DNA of 64,000 bases, taken from assembly GCA_050873025.1 (NCBI GenBank), contig JBNMHZ010000015.1:15-64014 (forward strand). Reading direction: 5' to 3'. Origin of the DNA: Faecalibacterium sp. (GTDB lineage: Bacteria; Bacillota; Clostridia; Oscillospirales; Ruminococcaceae). Of this stretch, positions 40,419 to 49,845 are shown piece by piece (positions within the stretch are counted from its first letter, which is position 1; the number at the start of each line of letters is the position of its first letter). A program made the position numbers and the translations under genes. A model generated the notes under the pieces. It was not told the DNA's origin. It ran no database searches and was given only the letters and a program-made list of their open reading frames with translations.

Positions 40419-40961
40419 TCAAAGCAGCCACATCCCGGCAAAACCAAGGGCAAAGCCCAAAGCGGCACCGCCTACAACATCCCGGATATGGTGCACGCCG
40501 GTCAGCACGCGGCCTGTGCAGATCAGCACCGTGATGCCCACCATCACCCAGCCGGCCTTCGGGTAAAAATACATCCACGCCATGGCCAGCACGGCAGCAC
40601 TCAGTGCATGGCGGGAGGGAAAGGAATGCCCTTTGGTCTCCTTATGCCGCAGCGGCTCAAAGCCGGGCTGCTCGTAGGGGCGGGGCCGGTTCAGCTTATC
40701 GCGCAGCAGGGTACCGCCCCAGAAGGTGAGCCCGGGCACAAACACCGTCCGCGCGATCTGCCCCATAAGCTCCAGCGCAGCCTGCTGCTGGGTGCCCAAA
40801 AGGCGGAACAGCTGCACATTCAGCAGGCACAAAAGCACCGGGTAGCACACAAACGGGATCAGCGGCAGCCAGCGGTCCAGCGCCACCACGCAGCACTTGA
40901 CAGCCGGGTGGGCATCCATCCAGCTGTGCAGGATACGATAATGTTCTGCGGTCAAAAACAT
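40419..40961 (-). CDS. PAP2-family membrane phosphatase
   Basis: 180 aa. Contains PAP2 motifs KLNRPRP, PSRH and GRVLTGVHHIRD, and several TM helices. Confidence 0.85.
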   Translation of the reverse strand: MFLTAEHYRILHSWMDAHPAVKCCVVALDRWLPLIPFVCYPVLLCLLNVQLFRLLGTQQQAALELMGQIARTVFVPGLTFWGGTLLRDKLNRPRPYEQPGFEPLRHKETKGHSFPSRHALSAAVLAMAWMYFYPKAGWVMVGITVLICTGRVLTGVHHIRDVVGGAALGFALGFAGMWLL

Positions 40962-40991
40962 CCCTCCGCATCGGGCCAGATTTTTACAGCA

Positions 40992-41555
40992 TCAGAAACA
41001 GGTGCTCAGATAATTTTCCACATCAAAAGGTTCCGGAGTGGAATCCTTGCGCAGGTACAGCGGGTGGTGCGGGTGGCCCTTTTTGCTGCGTTTGCCAAAA
41101 GTCACCCAGGGGATATCCTTTTCCCGGGTCAGGGCCACCATTTCCCGCATAAGGCCGGGCAGGTAGTCCCGCTTTTCGATCAGGGTGCCCCAGGCTGCCC
41201 ACATGGTGGGTTCGGTTTCGGCCAGGACTGCCTTGAGCCAGCGCAGATTTTCATCGCACAGGGCACGGTCCGGCACACGGTCCATATCGTTGGGGTCGGT
41301 GGCACGCTGCGGGTATACGTTGAACATGATCCAGCTGTCAAAGCCATTGGCTGCGGCAAGGCGCTCCACGCTTTTTAAAGTGGGGTCCAGCGCACCGGGC
41401 TGTGCGGTGCTGGGGTTGATGCCGATGCATACCAGCGGATGGGTGCCAACGCGGCCCAGTACGTAGCGGTAGGGCTGGTATGTATGCGGCTCGTAATACC
41501 ATATGCCGCCGGGGTATTCGCCGGCGGTGAGCTGCGGGATCTGTTCGGTCTGCAT
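40992..41555 (-). CDS. DUF1643 domain-containing protein
   Basis: 187 aa. The pattern (PLVCIGINPSTA...DPTLKSVERLA...FDSWIMFNVYPQRATDP) is typical of DUF1643. Confidence 0.6.
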   Translation of the reverse strand: MQTEQIPQLTAGEYPGGIWYYEPHTYQPYRYVLGRVGTHPLVCIGINPSTAQPGALDPTLKSVERLAAANGFDSWIMFNVYPQRATDPNDMDRVPDRALCDENLRWLKAVLAETEPTMWAAWGTLIEKRDYLPGLMREMVALTREKDIPWVTFGKRSKKGHPHHPLYLRKDSTPEPFDVENYLSTCF

Positions 41556-41728
41556 GGAAAGAATACTCCTATCATTAGTTGCTTTCTATTATCGTACCTG
41601 AAACTGCAGGATAAATCAACTCTTTTGTACGGAAAATCTTCCCATAGACCTGAATTTCATGGTATACTGAAAAAGGAGCAGCGCGGCAGTGTGCCGCGCC
41701 ATTGCAGCTGACAAAAAAAGGAGTAGCT

Positions 41729-43654
41729 ATGCTGGAAGATTACAAGAGCGCGCTGAAGAACGGTCAGCGCGCCTACCGTGCCTGCGTGGCACGCGGCCAG
41801 TCGCCGTATCTGGCGGTGCTGGACGATATTCTGGTAAACGTAAATATCGTGGCGCAGGAGCCGCTGGGCCTTGTGGAGATCCCGGCAGAGAGCATCGTGG
41901 GCACCAAGACCAGCGGCCGGCATACGGCCTTTGCGCCGAACTTTATGCCCCTGCTGGAGCCGGACACCGAGTTTGCCGCCAAGTGGTCGAACCTGTGCGA
42001 TGCACATCTGGACGAGGGTATCCACACCCCCATCATTGCCTATGAATTCCTGAACAAATTTTATGTGCTGGAAGGCAACAAGCGGGTGTCGGTGCTCAAG
42101 TATTTTGATGCCGTTAAAATTGCAGGCACGGTCACACGGCTTATTCCGGAAAAGAACGACAGCCTGGAAAACCGCATCTACTACGAATTTCTGGATTTTT
42201 ACAAGCTCTCCAAGATAAACGATGTGCACTTCTCCCGTCTGGGCGGCTATGCCAAGCTGCAGACGCTGGTGTGCAAGGCCAGCGGCGAGAGCTGGACGGA
42301 CGATGACCGGCTGAACTTTGCAGCGTTCTACACTATGTTCCGCCAGCAGTTCCTGGCACTGGGCGGCGGCGGGCTGAACCTGACCGCCGGCGATGCCATG
42401 CTGGTGTATCTCTCTGTCTACCGCTACTCGGATGCCTGCGAGAGCACGCCCAGCCAGATGAAGCAGAACCTGGAAAAGCTGTGGGATGAGGTAAAGGTGC
42501 TCACCGAGCCGCAGGCTGTGGAACTCTCGCTGGAGCCGAAGCAGGGCCCCGGCGAGCCGCTGCTGGCCAAGCTGAACATCTTTACAAAGCCCAGTGAACT
42601 GAAGGTGGTGTTCCTGCACGAGCACAATGCCGAGAACAGTGCCTGGGTGCGCGCCCATGACCGCGGCATCGAAGCACTGCGGCAGGCGTTCCCGGACCGG
42701 GTATTCATCACCCGCAGGGACAACATTGAGCCCGAGGTGGACGCCGAACAGGTGCTGGAAGATGTGGCCCACGACAATGCCGATGTGGTGTTTACCACCA
42801 GCGCCCGGATGCACACCGCCTGCCTAAAGGTGGCGGCCCAGCACCCCAAGACCCGCATTCTGAACTGCTCACTGAACGCACCGCACCCGCTGGTGCGCAC
42901 CTATTACCCCCGCACCTACGAGGTGACCTACCTGCTGGGCATGCTGGCCGGTGTACTGGCCAAGACCGACCGTGTGGGCTATGTGGCGGCAAACCCGGTG
43001 TACGGCATCCCTGCGGCGGTGAATGCCTATGCCCAGGGCTTGAAAACCGTGCGCCCGGACGCAAAAGTGATGCTGCGCTGGGCCTGCCTGCCGGATCCGG
43101 CACATCCGCTGGATTTCTCTGACCGGCCGGATGTAGAGATCTTTTATGCCCGCGATAACCGTGAGCCGGAAGGCACCCACCGGGATTACGGTCTGGTGCG
43201 CCGCCAGCCGGACGGTACGCTGCAGCCGCTGGGTCTGCCGGTGTGGCGGTGGGATACTTTTTATACCGAGATCGTCCGCTCTATTTTTGACGGCGCATGG
43301 GACAACGATGCATCGGGTGCCCGGGCTGTGAATTACTGGTGGGGCATGCGCAGCGGTGCAGAGGAGATCAACTACAGCACCGGCCTGCCTGCAGGTACTC
43401 TGCAGCTGCTGGATCTGATGGAAAAAATGCTGAGCGAGGATGACCTGCGCATCTTCCCGGAGGACCTGTACGCAAAGGGTCATGTGCTGCACTCGCCGGA
43501 AACAGCCGTTTATACCCCCAAGGAACTGATGGAGATGGACTGGCTGGATGAGTGCGTGGAAGGTGCCTTGCCCCACTACGATGAACTGGACGTAAAAACA
43601 CATACGCTGATGTCCATCAACGGCATCAACACCTTAAAAGGATTCGCAAAATAA
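41729..43654 (+). CDS. Cytoplasmic two-domain protein: ParB/Srx-like N-terminal domain plus BMP (PnrA-like) binding-protein-fold C-terminal domain
   Basis: The ATG at 41729 follows AAAGGAG; 641 aa. The N-terminal part has EFLNKFYVLEGNKRVSVLKY (ParB-like GxxR box). The C-terminal part (VVFLHEHNAENSAW, ADVVFTTSARM, VGYVAANPVYGIPAAVNAYAQG) is BMP-family-like. No signal peptide. Confidence 0.55.
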   Translation: MLEDYKSALKNGQRAYRACVARGQSPYLAVLDDILVNVNIVAQEPLGLVEIPAESIVGTKTSGRHTAFAPNFMPLLEPDTEFAAKWSNLCDAHLDEGIHTPIIAYEFLNKFYVLEGNKRVSVLKYFDAVKIAGTVTRLIPEKNDSLENRIYYEFLDFYKLSKINDVHFSRLGGYAKLQTLVCKASGESWTDDDRLNFAAFYTMFRQQFLALGGGGLNLTAGDAMLVYLSVYRYSDACESTPSQMKQNLEKLWDEVKVLTEPQAVELSLEPKQGPGEPLLAKLNIFTKPSELKVVFLHEHNAENSAWVRAHDRGIEALRQAFPDRVFITRRDNIEPEVDAEQVLEDVAHDNADVVFTTSARMHTACLKVAAQHPKTRILNCSLNAPHPLVRTYYPRTYEVTYLLGMLAGVLAKTDRVGYVAANPVYGIPAAVNAYAQGLKTVRPDAKVMLRWACLPDPAHPLDFSDRPDVEIFYARDNREPEGTHRDYGLVRRQPDGTLQPLGLPVWRWDTFYTEIVRSIFDGAWDNDASGARAVNYWWGMRSGAEEINYSTGLPAGTLQLLDLMEKMLSEDDLRIFPEDLYAKGHVLHSPETAVYTPKELMEMDWLDECVEGALPHYDELDVKTHTLMSINGINTLKGFAK

Positions 43655-43691
43655 GCGGCCCAAGGCCGAAAGAGAACGGAGCAAACCTGAG

Positions 43692-44345
43692 GTGAAAATT
43701 CTTGCAATTTCGGATGTGCCCTCCAAAGCATTGTGGGACTATGGCACCCGTGAACACCTGGAAGGCATCGATCTGATCCTTTCCTGCGGGGACCTGCCGC
43801 AGAAGTATCTGGAATATCTCACAAACTTTACAGCGGCACCGATCCTGTATGTCCACGGCAACCACGACGGCAGCTACCGCCAAAATGAACCCGGCGGCTG
43901 CATCTGTGTGGACGACAGCGTGTATGTGTGGAAGGGGCTGCGCATCATGGGCCTGGGCGGCAGCATCCGCTACAATAACCGGGACGACAGTTTCCAGTAT
44001 ACCGAGAAGGAAATGCGCCGCCGTGTGCACAAACTCTGGCGCAAGGCGCATCAGGTGGGCGGCATCGACCTGCTGCTCACCCATTCGCCGGCAGCGGGCC
44101 TGAACGACAACACCGACCATGCCCACAAAGGCTTTGAATGCTTCAACGAACTGATGGACGAATACGAGCCCCAGTGGTTCGTGCACGGGCATGTGCACCT
44201 GAACTACGACGCAAAGCTGCCGCGTGTATGTACCCGCGGAAAGACCACCGTCATCAATGCCACGGAGCGCTATGTGTTTGAGATCCCGGATCCGGACCCC
44301 GTGATCCAGCATCATCCGTTCTGGAAAAAGTGGTTTGACGTATAA
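43692..44345 (+). CDS. Metallophosphoesterase
   Basis: 217 aa. Contains the motifs ISD, GD (SCGDLP), GNHD (VHGNHD), and H...GH (FVHGHVH). GTG start. Confidence 0.85.
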   Translation: MKILAISDVPSKALWDYGTREHLEGIDLILSCGDLPQKYLEYLTNFTAAPILYVHGNHDGSYRQNEPGGCICVDDSVYVWKGLRIMGLGGSIRYNNRDDSFQYTEKEMRRRVHKLWRKAHQVGGIDLLLTHSPAAGLNDNTDHAHKGFECFNELMDEYEPQWFVHGHVHLNYDAKLPRVCTRGKTTVINATERYVFEIPDPDPVIQHHPFWKKWFDV

Positions 44346-44391
44346 TAAAAAACTGCCCTGCATCTTGATCTTCGGATGCAGGGCAGTTTTT
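44346..44391. terminator. Bidirectional Rho-independent terminator
   Basis: AAAAAACTGCCCTGCATC-loop-GATGCAGGGCAGTTTTT. Confidence 0.8.
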
Positions 44392-44484
44392 ACAGTTTTG
44401 AATGGAGCCTTGTGTGGGAACGGACGGTGCACGTCAAAGCAGGTGCGGGCTGCCTTGACGCAGCACAAATAAAAAGTGCGGAAA

Positions 44485-44799
44485 TTACAGTTCCAGTTTG
44501 CCGGAGACCTTGTTGATCACGTAGTAGGCAGCGCCTTCCTCAGGCTTGACGTAGACCTTGCAGGACTGCACGCCCACCTTGTGAGTAGTGCGGTAATCTG
44601 CCTTTGCGCGGTCGATGATATCGGTGACGTTATACTGCTTGCCGCTGAACTCCACGTACAGCTCCGGTGCAAGCGGGGGACGGCCGCGGCGTGCAGGGGC
44701 CTTGGAAGATTTGCGGGTCTTGGGCTCCTTGGCTTCTGCAGCAGGAGCTTCCACAGCGGGAGCAGCCGCTGCAGTCTTTTTCTTTTCGGGCATAAACAA
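44485..44799 (-). CDS. Small hypothetical protein with a Lys/Ala/Pro-rich N-terminus
   Basis: 104 aa with a GGAGGGG RBS. A basic, disordered N-terminal half is followed by a compact C-terminal domain (YVEFSGKQYNVTDII...KVYVKPEEGAAYYVIN). Confidence 0.55.
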   Translation of the reverse strand: MFMPEKKKTAAAAPAVEAPAAEAKEPKTRKSSKAPARRGRPPLAPELYVEFSGKQYNVTDIIDRAKADYRTTHKVGVQSCKVYVKPEEGAAYYVINKVSGKLEL

Positions 44800-45086
44800 C
44801 CCCTCCTTGATTTCTATTCAATGCCGTGCGGGTCTGGCACGGTGCTGGCTCCATGAAATATTACTTATATAATAAAATTTTAAGAATGGTTTGTAAAGTC
44901 TTTTTTCGAAAAATCTTTCGGAAAAAGGCAGGAAATCGGGTATGAAACTCACAGGAATCCATTTTGAAGCATCCTTAGTGCAGAAGTGTTACAAAAACAC
45001 GCAAAAAGGCAGACTTTTCGGCTTTGCACCGGGAACGCTCCCGATACAAACCCGGCAGGTAAAAATCGCAGGTTTCCGGCCCGGAT

Positions 45087-45566
45087 TTACTCTGCACAAA
45101 GCTCTTCGGCATGCTGCACAACGGGGGCTAGCAGCTCTTCGTCCCAGTCCTCGGCCAGGGTGAAAAGCACCTGATAGATGGCAGTCTGCGCTTCGCCCTG
45201 TGGATGCTTTTGGGCAAGGGCAAAGGCGGCGCTGAGCATCCGCAGCTTGAGGGTGCGCACGGCTTCCGGCGCAGCCCACAGGCGGGCGAGGTCGTAGTCG
45301 TTTGTGTTGCCGCATGGCATGGCGCAGCTGGCGCAGTTCGGGGCCACGCGGTGCTTTTCCGTCTGGACGATCTCCAGCATCCGCTGCAGCTTTTCTTCCG
45401 GCGCATCCGGCTGTGCGGCAAGGCGCAGGCCGGCATTCAGCACGGCGTCGGTGTCTTCGGTTTTAGGTTCGCTGGTGGTGGCCCGTGCAAGGCCCACAAG
45501 GGCACCCAAAAGGGTATCTCTTGCCTGCTGGGCGCTGGTTACAGGGGCGTTTAAAAGTTCAGGCAT
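45087..45566 (-). CDS. Hypothetical protein with a CxxCxxxC motif
   Basis: 159 aa with a GAGAGGAG RBS. Helical; contains the motif NCASCAMPCGN. Confidence 0.5.
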   Translation of the reverse strand: MPELLNAPVTSAQQARDTLLGALVGLARATTSEPKTEDTDAVLNAGLRLAAQPDAPEEKLQRMLEIVQTEKHRVAPNCASCAMPCGNTNDYDLARLWAAPEAVRTLKLRMLSAAFALAQKHPQGEAQTAIYQVLFTLAEDWDEELLAPVVQHAEELCAE

Positions 45567-45729
45567 GGCGGGCTCCTCTCAATGAATGTTTCTGCGGAAA
45601 GTATAGCCGATTTTGATGCAGTTTACAAGATGAATTGAATGGGACAAGATGCTGTTTACAGCTGCGGCCCCATTCCGTGAAAAAAGGGTTTGGAAAAGTC
45701 CGCAGACTTTTCCAAACCCCAGAATATAA

Positions 45730-45786
45730 AAATAGTATTTCCGCAAAAAATGCTCAGAGCGAAGCGGAGAGTATTTAAAATCGTTC
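45730..45786 (-). repeat. R1 repeat, copy f
   Basis: The minus strand reads aacgattttaaatactctccgcttcgctctgag. It lies 6 nt downstream of the SGNH hydrolase stop, in sense orientation. Confidence 0.75.
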
Positions 45787-45791
45787 TCTGC

Positions 45792-46430
45792 TCAAATCAG
45801 AGCAGGAACCTCTTTTGCCAGCAGTTCCGCCAGCTGCGCATGACCCTTGCGGGTCAGATGCATAAAGTCCACCTGATTGAACTCGCAGTCCTTTGCATCC
45901 ACAAAGTGCACGCCCTGCCGCTCGCAGATGATGCGGAACTGCTCGGCCACACCGGCAGATTTCTCCACACAGCCGTCACCCATTACAGGGTCGTGGAAGC
46001 CTGCCCCGATGGGAGGGGGAGCCACCACCAGAATGTTGGGCTGTTTGGTGCCCCAGCAGTCCACACTCTTGGCTTTGAGGATCAGCCGCTCCATGCCCAC
46101 AGCGATGCAGGCCGCGTTGGCCCCAAAACGCTCTTTCACATCGTTGGTGCCCAGCATGATGATGAGCAGGTCGATCACCTCGTGGCTCTTGAGCAGGGCG
46201 TAGATGGCGCTCAGGGCGTCCATGGATTCGTGGATGGGGTCCACAAACACGGTGGTGCGGCCGGAAAGGCCCTCTTCGGTGACGAGATATTCGTCGCCGA
46301 GCGCCTTCTGCAGGCGGCAGGTCCAGCGCTCGTCCTCGTTGAAGCGGATGCCGTGGTCGGCGCAGTCGTTGGGGTCGGCGCAATAGCCGTGAGTGTTGGA
46401 ATCGCCCAGGCAGAGGATATGTGTTTTCAT
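45792..46430 (-). CDS. SGNH/GDSL hydrolase (candidate sialate O-acetylesterase, judged from operon context)
   Basis: 212 aa. Contains block I ILCLGDSNTHGY, GxND (MLGTNDV), and a C-terminal D..H (DFMHLT). It is the last gene of the nan operon. Confidence 0.75.
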   Translation of the reverse strand: MKTHILCLGDSNTHGYCADPNDCADHGIRFNEDERWTCRLQKALGDEYLVTEEGLSGRTTVFVDPIHESMDALSAIYALLKSHEVIDLLIIMLGTNDVKERFGANAACIAVGMERLILKAKSVDCWGTKQPNILVVAPPPIGAGFHDPVMGDGCVEKSAGVAEQFRIICERQGVHFVDAKDCEFNQVDFMHLTRKGHAQLAELLAKEVPALI

Positions 46431-46436
46431 AGGGAA

Positions 46437-47366
46437 TCACTCCTTTTCCATCGTCTGTTTGAAGTAGTACACAGCGCCCACCATGCCGGCGTCGTTGTGC
46501 AGCTGGGCGGCACGCACTTCCAGCCCCTGGGCAAAGGCGGGCATCACGGAGGCTTTCACCTTGGCAGCGATGGGGTCGATGAGCAGTTTCTGCTGTGCAC
46601 TCACGCCGCCGCCAATGAGGATCAGCTGCGGGTTGAAGATGTGCACCATGCCGGCAAGGCCCTGCGCAATTTCATCCGTCCAGGCGTCCAGCAGGGCCAG
46701 AACCGTTTCATTGCCCGCTTCGGCGGCGGCAAAAATGGCACGGCCGTCCTGCCACTCCGGGTTCTTCTCTTTGGCGGCACGCACAAGGGCAGTGGTGGCG
46801 GCGTAGCGCTCCCAGCAGCCGGCGGCACCGCAGGTGCAGGGCACGCCGTCCAGCGCGTGGGTGCGGTAGTGGCCCAGCTCACCGCCGAGGCCCCGGGCAC
46901 CTTCCAGCAGACGGCCCCCGGTGAGGATGCCGCCGCCCACGCCGGTGCCCAAGGTGACGCCGATGACATCCGTATAGCCCTGTGCGCCGCCGACCCACAC
47001 TTCACCCAGCGTCATGCAGTTGGCGTCGTTGGCCACGGTGACGGGCAGGCCGAAGTCCTCTTCCAGTGCAGCTTTGATGGGGCTGCCGATGTAGTTCGGG
47101 AAGTTGCCGCAGGTGCCGACCACGATGCCTTTGCGGCTATCGATCTGGCCGGTGGCGGAAACGCCGATGCCGGAAAGGTTTTCCACCGGGATGTTCTGGG
47201 CGGTCAAAAACTCCTTTGCGGCCTTGCGCACGGTGGTGAGCACCGGCGTCTGGTAGCCGTCAAAGCTCACGCTCGCTTCGCCCTTTACCAGCACGCTGCC
47301 GGTCTCGTCCACGATGCCCAGCTTGACGGAGGTGCCGCCGATATCAATGCCAAAATACTGTTTCAT
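46437..47366 (-). CDS. nanK: ROK-family N-acetylmannosamine kinase
   Basis: 309 aa. Contains FGIDIGGTSVKLG and the ROK Zn motif CTCGAAGCWE. The nan context supports the call. Confidence 0.8.
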   Translation of the reverse strand: MKQYFGIDIGGTSVKLGIVDETGSVLVKGEASVSFDGYQTPVLTTVRKAAKEFLTAQNIPVENLSGIGVSATGQIDSRKGIVVGTCGNFPNYIGSPIKAALEEDFGLPVTVANDANCMTLGEVWVGGAQGYTDVIGVTLGTGVGGGILTGGRLLEGARGLGGELGHYRTHALDGVPCTCGAAGCWERYAATTALVRAAKEKNPEWQDGRAIFAAAEAGNETVLALLDAWTDEIAQGLAGMVHIFNPQLILIGGGVSAQQKLLIDPIAAKVKASVMPAFAQGLEVRAAQLHNDAGMVGAVYYFKQTMEKE

Positions 47367-47379
47367 GCAGTGTTCTCCG

Positions 47380-48084
47380 TTACTTCTTCATGGCGTTGAT
47401 GGCACCGGTAAAGCGGGCCGTGATCTCCGCCGGGCGGGTGATGGCACCGCCCACCACCAGTGCGAATGCACCGGCTTCCAGCGCCTTGACGGCCTGTTCC
47501 GGGTAGTGGATGTGGCCCTCGGCAATGATCTTGGCCGGACACTCGGTGGCAAGTTTATGCACGAAATCAAAATCGATATCGTCGATGCCTTTTGTCTCCG
47601 GGGTGTAGCCGCGCATGGTGGTGCCCACAAAGTCGGCACCGGCTTCTGCGCAGGCCATGGCGTTTTCAAAGTTATCGCAGTCGGCCATGACCAGCTGCTC
47701 CGGGTACTTCGCCTTGATGGCACGGATGAACTGGGCAGAAGTGCTGCCGTCCGGGCGCAGGGCACCGGTGCCCTGCACAGCCAGGATGTCCACACCGCAT
47801 TCTACCAGCTCGTCCACTTCCTTCATGGTGACGGTGATGTACATTGGGGTGCCGGGGTAATCCTTCTTGATGATACCGATGACCGGCAGGTCTACCACCT
47901 GCTTGATCTGGGTGATATCCCGCACGGTATTGGCACGGATGCCCACGGCCCCGCTCATGGCGGCAGCTTTGGCCATCAGCGGCATCACGCCGCCTTCTTT
48001 GGTGTACAGCGGCTCGTGTTCCAGCGCCTGGCAGGAGACGATCAGGCCGCCTTTGATCTGTGCAAACAGTTTTTCCTTATCCAT
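47380..48084 (-). CDS. nanE: N-acetylmannosamine-6-phosphate 2-epimerase
   Basis: 234 aa. Contains GGLIVSCQALEHEPL, GAVGIRAN, and IAEGHIHYPEQA. Confidence 0.9.
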   Translation of the reverse strand: MDKEKLFAQIKGGLIVSCQALEHEPLYTKEGGVMPLMAKAAAMSGAVGIRANTVRDITQIKQVVDLPVIGIIKKDYPGTPMYITVTMKEVDELVECGVDILAVQGTGALRPDGSTSAQFIRAIKAKYPEQLVMADCDNFENAMACAEAGADFVGTTMRGYTPETKGIDDIDFDFVHKLATECPAKIIAEGHIHYPEQAVKALEAGAFALVVGGAITRPAEITARFTGAINAMKK

Positions 48085-48087
48085 GTT

Positions 48088-48552
48088 TCAGCCCTCCATT
48101 TTGATCTTTACAACCGCCTTGCGCACGCTGACGCAGCCGTGCTGGACAAGGCCGGGTTTGTGCAGCTCGGTGGGGAAGAACAGCACAAAGCGCCCTTCGC
48201 CCAGTGCACCGGTCACAACGCTGGCACTTGCCTGAAAACCGCAGTCACCGGTAAAATCACCGATCTCCCTGCCGGGGTTTGTGGTAAAGCCCCAGCCCTC
48301 GCTGCCGGTGATATCCACCTGCAGGTCGGCATATTGCTTGTGGTACTCCGGGTGGTAGCCATCGTCCGAATGGAGCGTGGCGTCCATCACGTTGATGAAC
48401 ACTTCGTCGCCGTCCACTTCGGTGCGGCCATTGGGCAGTGCTGCAAGGTCATGGGTCTGCAGATAATCGATGGCGGTGTCCAGATTTTTGCAAAGGCTCT
48501 TGTAGCGCTGCAGATGCTGCAGGGTATCACAGATCATAAATCGTTCCTCCAA
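48088..48552 (-). CDS. YhcH/YjgK/YiaL-family (DUF386) protein, sialic-acid associated
   Basis: 154 aa. The family is commonly encoded in nan clusters, and a typical GRTEVDGDEVFINV block is present. Confidence 0.7.
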   Translation of the reverse strand: MEERFMICDTLQHLQRYKSLCKNLDTAIDYLQTHDLAALPNGRTEVDGDEVFINVMDATLHSDDGYHPEYHKQYADLQVDITGSEGWGFTTNPGREIGDFTGDCGFQASASVVTGALGEGRFVLFFPTELHKPGLVQHGCVSVRKAVVKIKMEG

Positions 48553-48608
48553 AAAATAAGCGCCCGCTCTCCCCTCTGGAAAGAGACGGAGAGGGGGCGC
48601 TGTTCGGT

Positions 48609-49538
48609 TTACAGTTTTGCGATGGCTGCTTCGATCATAGCCTGTGCTTCGGCCACGATGGGCTCATCGCTGGGGATCAGGCCGGGCATGGGCTCACGCA
48701 CGCCGCCCAGCTCCAGACCGTACATCCGGCGCAGGATCTCTTTCTGTACGGCATACAGGTTGCCGTGGGCTTCGCACATCTTGTAGATGATGCGGTCGGC
48801 GTCATACTGGATGGCGCGGGCAGCTTCAATCTCGCCCTTGTTGATGTGGTCGTTCATGGCCAGATACAGCTCCGGCATCACGGCATAGGTGCCGCCGATG
48901 CCGCCGTCTGCGCCGATCACGCGGCCGGAAACGAACTGCTCGTCCGGGCCGTTGAACACCACAAAATTGCCCTCGCCGCGGGCGGCAATGCCGGCGTCCT
49001 TGAACATCTGGATGTCCTGGGTGGGCATGGAGCTGTTCTTCACGGCCACCACGTTGGGGTTCTTGAGCATCTCCTTCAGCAGGCTCATGGTCAGGCCGGT
49101 GCCGGCCAGCTGCGGGATGTTGTAAATGACGAATTCGGTGTTGGGGGCAGCGGCGGACATGTCGTTCCAGTACTTGGCAATGGCATACTCCGGCAGGTGG
49201 AAGTAGATGGGCGGGATGGATGCAATGGCATCCACGCCCACGCTCTCGGCATGGCGGGCCAGCTCCACACTGTCAGCAGTGTTGTTGCAGCCAACGTGGG
49301 CAATGACGGTCAGCTTGCCTTTGGCTTCGCTCATCACGGCTTCCAGCACGGCCTTACGCTCATCCACATGCTGGTAGATGCACTCGCCGGAAGAGCCGCC
49401 CACATACACGCCCTTGACGCCCTTGGCGATCAGGTGGCGGGTAAGGGCTTTGACACCCTCGGTGGAGATATTGCCCTCTGCGTCGTAGCAGGCGTAGAAA
49501 GCAGGAATGACGCCCTGGTATTTCGTAATGTCTTTCAT
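48609..49538 (-). CDS. nanA: N-acetylneuraminate lyase
   Basis: 309 aa, DHDPS/NAL family. Contains GVYVGGSSGE, IAHVG, and VAVKNSS (Schiff-base Lys). Confidence 0.9.
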   Translation of the reverse strand: MKDITKYQGVIPAFYACYDAEGNISTEGVKALTRHLIAKGVKGVYVGGSSGECIYQHVDERKAVLEAVMSEAKGKLTVIAHVGCNNTADSVELARHAESVGVDAIASIPPIYFHLPEYAIAKYWNDMSAAAPNTEFVIYNIPQLAGTGLTMSLLKEMLKNPNVVAVKNSSMPTQDIQMFKDAGIAARGEGNFVVFNGPDEQFVSGRVIGADGGIGGTYAVMPELYLAMNDHINKGEIEAARAIQYDADRIIYKMCEAHGNLYAVQKEILRRMYGLELGGVREPMPGLIPSDEPIVAEAQAMIEAAIAKL

Positions 49539-49574
49539 GATTCACCCTTCTTTGCAATAGTTCATTAAGCTTCG

Positions 49575-49845
49575 TACGCGTTTCTGTTCGGGTAACGGCT
49601 GCAGCGCCTCTCTTGCGGTGCCCTGCGTCTGCAAGGCCCTTGGTGCGGGCCTTGCATCCTGCAGACCGCGGCGCCAAAAGTTGCTCCCTGAACATCAAGC
49701 CCTAACGCTTTTCGTTCGGAGAACGGCAGCAGCGCCCTCTTGTGGCTCCCTGCATCCGCTTCGTGCCTTGGTGCGGCACTCGCGTCTTGCAGGCCACGGC
49801 GCCAAAAATTTCTCCCTGTTTCGGCCACTGGCCGCGGTCGAAATT
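49575..49845 (-). repeat. Two tandem R3 repeat copies (49575-49690 and 49700-49845) inside the nan operon
   Basis: The reverse complements match the R3 core at 15186-15257. They fill the 307-nt nanA-permease spacer. Confidence 0.8.
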
